Assembly (NCBI GenBank): GCA_965178125.1
Contig: OZ237741.1
Span: 1,178,001 to 1,242,000 of the forward strand
Direction of reading: 5' to 3'
Length of the DNA stretch: 64,000 nucleotides
Origin: Bilabrum cf. latius
Lineage: Eukaryota
Made by a program: the position numbers and the translations under genes. This document shows, one piece after another, positions 60,801-64,000 of this stretch. Within the stretch, counting starts at the first letter, position 1. The number at the start of each line of letters is the position of its first letter. A model generated the notes under the pieces. It saw only the letters and a list, made by a program, of their open reading frames with translations. It was not told the DNA's origin and made no database searches.

Positions 60801-63143
60801 CCCGCATCAAGGTGCACCCTCAGTACAATCCCCACGCTCATCTCTGAGGGCGGCACCCCACTGCCAGAAACACCCCCGTGGTGCGGCCCAAGAGAACCCA
60901 TGGTGCCGTCTCGTGCGGACCCACCTGTCTCGAACGCCTCGCCCTCGCGGCCCTCTCCATCTCCACTCGGCCCATCCTCCTGTCCTCGTCTCCTCGGTGT
61001 GACCAGCGCCATCCTCTTGGAGACCCAGTCGCCCTCCCCGCCTGGACGAGCCCATGCCGACGATGTGCTCAGTGGGGAGGGCGCACCGCTGCGCGGGCCC
61101 ACACCGCCAGGGCCTGAGTCTCGCAGCCGGGCAATCGCGGGGTCTACTGGCCCGCTGCTGGGGGATGCCGCATCAATGCCGATTGGCCGTTCCATGCCTA
61201 GGCCTCCCGCTTGAGTCGTTCTCTAGCGGTTTTCTCTGTCTGCGTAGGCCTCCGAACGGCCTCGCACAGCCGCGGTGCCTGCACCTGCACCTGCGCCTGC
61301 GCCTGCACCAGCCCTGGTGCTGCCATTCGCATTTTCCACTGGAGGCGCTCTTCCAATCCCGCGGTCCTCGGATTCAGACCTGCCTGCGTGCGCGCCTTCA
61401 CCCGGTCGAGGTATCGCGCGAGGCAGCTTGCCAGCAGCCCTCTCGTCCTCTCCTCGACTCGGCGATGGAATGGGGATTGAAGCACCGCTTCCGCTTCCAC
61501 CCTGATTCACGCCCATCGCGACCTCAGACCCGTTTGCGCTCAACACGTGACCGCCTTCCACGTTTGCCTGCGACAATGCAGAGGAGCTGTCTGAGCCTCG
61601 CTGCGCCGCCGCCCCGTCCTCCCCACTGGCATTCTGCACCGCACTGCGGCGGCTCGGAGACCCGGAGTCGGAATGCTGGGCGGAGTCTCCCGGCTCCGGC
61701 TCGATGAGGCCGTTGTCCACGCTGCCCGCAGCAATGGCGGACAGGTGCCTCGAGCCCTGGTCCTGGTCCTGGTCCGTATCTTGGTCCGTATCTTGGTGCG
61801 GCAATGGCGAGCTCTTGGACTCGGACTCGTCCTCGCTGGCACCTGTCGCGCGTCTAGTGTCGTGGTCCTATGCATCCCCCGCAGTTACAGTAGCGTCTGC
61901 ATTGCTTCGTGCAGACTGCTTGTTCTCGTCCTGCGCCCCTGTGCCAGCAGCGCGCGATGGACTGGCGCCCCTGGCCGCCTGCATGGCCAGCTGCAGGATG
62001 GCGTCTGCGTGCGCAGCTTTGGCTGCTGCTACTGGTGCTGTTGGTGCTGCTGCAGCTGATGCCGACGTGTCACTTTCCTCACATTCAGGCATTTTGTCGT
62101 GCATCTGTCCGTTCTCCTCCTTGACATCCCCCTTGCCGCTCCCGTTGGCTGCACCCCCTGTCTTGCTACTGCCTGCATCCCCGACCTTGCCCCCCCTCTC
62201 CCTTTCTCTCTACCCAACCTCTAGTATCACTCCACTGTGGCCCGTGACAGCATCAAGCTGCCTCTGCAGCCTCGCCACCTCGTGCAGTGCACCCACCAGC
62301 TGGGCCTGCGCGGCCTCCGCCTCTCCCCTAGCCGATTGTACCAGCCTTTCCTGTCTCCGCCTCGCCTTTTCACTGGCCTGCGCGTTGCTTTCCCACGCCT
62401 CTGTGGCAGCCAGGAGCAGCCGCAGGGTCTGCATGCGCCACGCTTCCTGCCTGTGCCTGTCGCCCATCGCTGTCGCTGCATAGTGTAAGATGCAGGAGTA
62501 ACCACTAGGCTTGAGAAAGTACCGAGATAAGCAGGAGTAAACTACAAAAGACAAAGAGGCCATACATACGCGAAAAAGGCAAACACAGATCACATGGTGG
62601 TTGCAGGCAGAACACGCGCGGGGCATCAAAGGCCTACCAGTGCCAGTGGTACTGCGCATCATGATCCAGTGGCCTGGTCTCACCGATGGTCTCCCTCGAG
62701 AGCTGCATGCACAGAGCGCGGACACCCTGGGTCCACTGCATGGCACGGTCGTGCATCGCTGTGCTTCCCGAGCCAGCCGACGATTGCGAGGCTCTGGAGA
62801 CAGCTGAGTAGCTGGGATGGGCTGGAGCTCCAGCTGGTGGGAGCTACGGTGGCACGGGTGGCGTGCTGCCAGTGGCAGTGCCGCCAACTTGCGGCTGCTG
62901 GACCTCTTTACGGTATCGTCTGCCTGCCTGCCCCATTCCAAGCATTGGATTCACGTGCAACTTTTCCATTCTACCCGCCTGCGGACTTGAGGACCTTGAG
63001 GCCGAGTGGCTGGGTCCTGGAGATGGCAAGTTGCTTGGTGGGGCGGACGATGCTACAAAGTCGCCCGAAGCACGCCTGCGGCGATTGAGTGGCCTATCAA
63101 TCTTCATGTTGGGACGATCCGCACCAAGGTGTGCCGCTTCCAT
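57851..63143 (-). CDS. Large low-complexity hypothetical protein (5' structure uncertain; probable intron near 62480-62570)
   Basis: Nine listed ORFs from 62210-62941 down to 57851-58075 share one frame; the junctions I checked are TAG; ends TGA 57851. An upstream exon in another frame probably starts at ATG 63143. Confidence 0.5.
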
Positions 63144-63420
63144 AGCCCTAGTCCTAGCAGTCCTCTCGTGAGTCTTCCGAGCACGCAAAGCACCCGTCTA
63201 CACATCTGATTTTCCTCTCGAATGCTGCATCATTCTTGTTAGCCGACGCTATAGTGAGTGAAGAGATGTATCACTGGGGGTTTCCATCAAAAGAAATTCT
63301 GCGTAGCACAGGTAGGGGCTAAGATTTTCGCATTTGCTGATGTTATATAACCGCACGCAACCATATACCTGCGAAATACGGATTCACATCTCATCACAAA
63401 GCTGTCAACCTTATTGCCTA

Positions 63421-63849
63421 ATGGCATCCATACTTCGCAGAATAGCTTCACGGTGTCCTAGACAGCCACTAAAGGTAACCCGGTGGTCATGCCGCTGCAT
63501 CACCACATAGACGCCAGGTGAGCTGCATCTACCTGGAGTTGCAGCGAACGGGGACTACTTATCTGTGACAGTCCGAGTAAAGCCACGCTCGTCTTGTTCT
63601 AGAGTTTCAATAAATGATGCGCTTGGAGTTATTGATATTTGTGTAAAAGAGGAACCCGTGCGGAACAGGGCCAATGATGCCGTGATGAAAGCAGTTGCTC
63701 GTCTGTGCGGCGTGCCAAAGGAGGACGTTGTCTTGATGAGGGGAGCATCGTGTAGGATCAAAACTTTTCGTGTAAATCAGGATCCTGATCGGTGTATCAA
63801 GAAGATCGCCAGCAAGCTGAAGGGAAGAGACAGCCTTTCTAGAATTTGA
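63421..63849 (+). CDS. UPF0235/DUF167 (YggU/C15orf40-like) protein with basic N-terminal presequence
   Basis: VTVRVKPRS...EEPVRNRANDAVMKAVARLCGVPKEDVVLMRGASCRIK; extended upstream through TAG 63508 to ATG 63421; ends TGA. Confidence 0.85.
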
Positions 63850-64000
63850 GCAGCAAACCGTGCACCGCAAACTTGGGTTCGTATCGCAGCCAACGACATC
63901 AAATTGAATCAGCTTTTGCAGCATGACGACAAGCTTTGGGTGGTAAGACTTGATTGGAGGGGTGTTTTTTCTGCCTTCGCGTGGTCTTCATCCCCAAATG

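Overview
This is GC-rich, gene-dense eukaryotic (protist-like) nuclear DNA with about 23 protein genes, short GT-AG introns and several tight head-to-head gene pairs. The main result is a non-standard genetic code. In-frame TAG interrupts about 19 of the 23 genes (more than 70 TAGs by manual count), while every gene I could trace ends at TGA or TAA. Where a conserved motif is informative, TAG sits at Gln/Glu-type positions (ricin Q-x-W, PhyH L-S-x-E-Q, ankyrin GHxE), so UAG most likely encodes Gln while UAA stays a stop. The supplied ORF track is therefore fragmented, and the gene models below are stitched through TAG. Under this code, 47780-53479 is a single 1899-aa gene: a PINK1-like pseudokinase, about 30 near-identical 126-bp armadillo repeats that vary mainly in helix 3, and a C-terminal CaaX box, suggesting a variable-repeat receptor. 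A 2.8-kb DNA transposon with 34-bp terminal inverted repeats and a TAA target-site duplication sits exactly in that gene's stop codon. Housekeeping genes include OSGEP/KAE1, PLRG1, ARL3, FIGNL1-like, PHYHD1-like, a sulfatase, a GH27 alpha-galactosidase, a GT61, alpha-SNAP-like and a glyoxylate reductase-like gene. All family calls come from remembered motifs; no database search was run.
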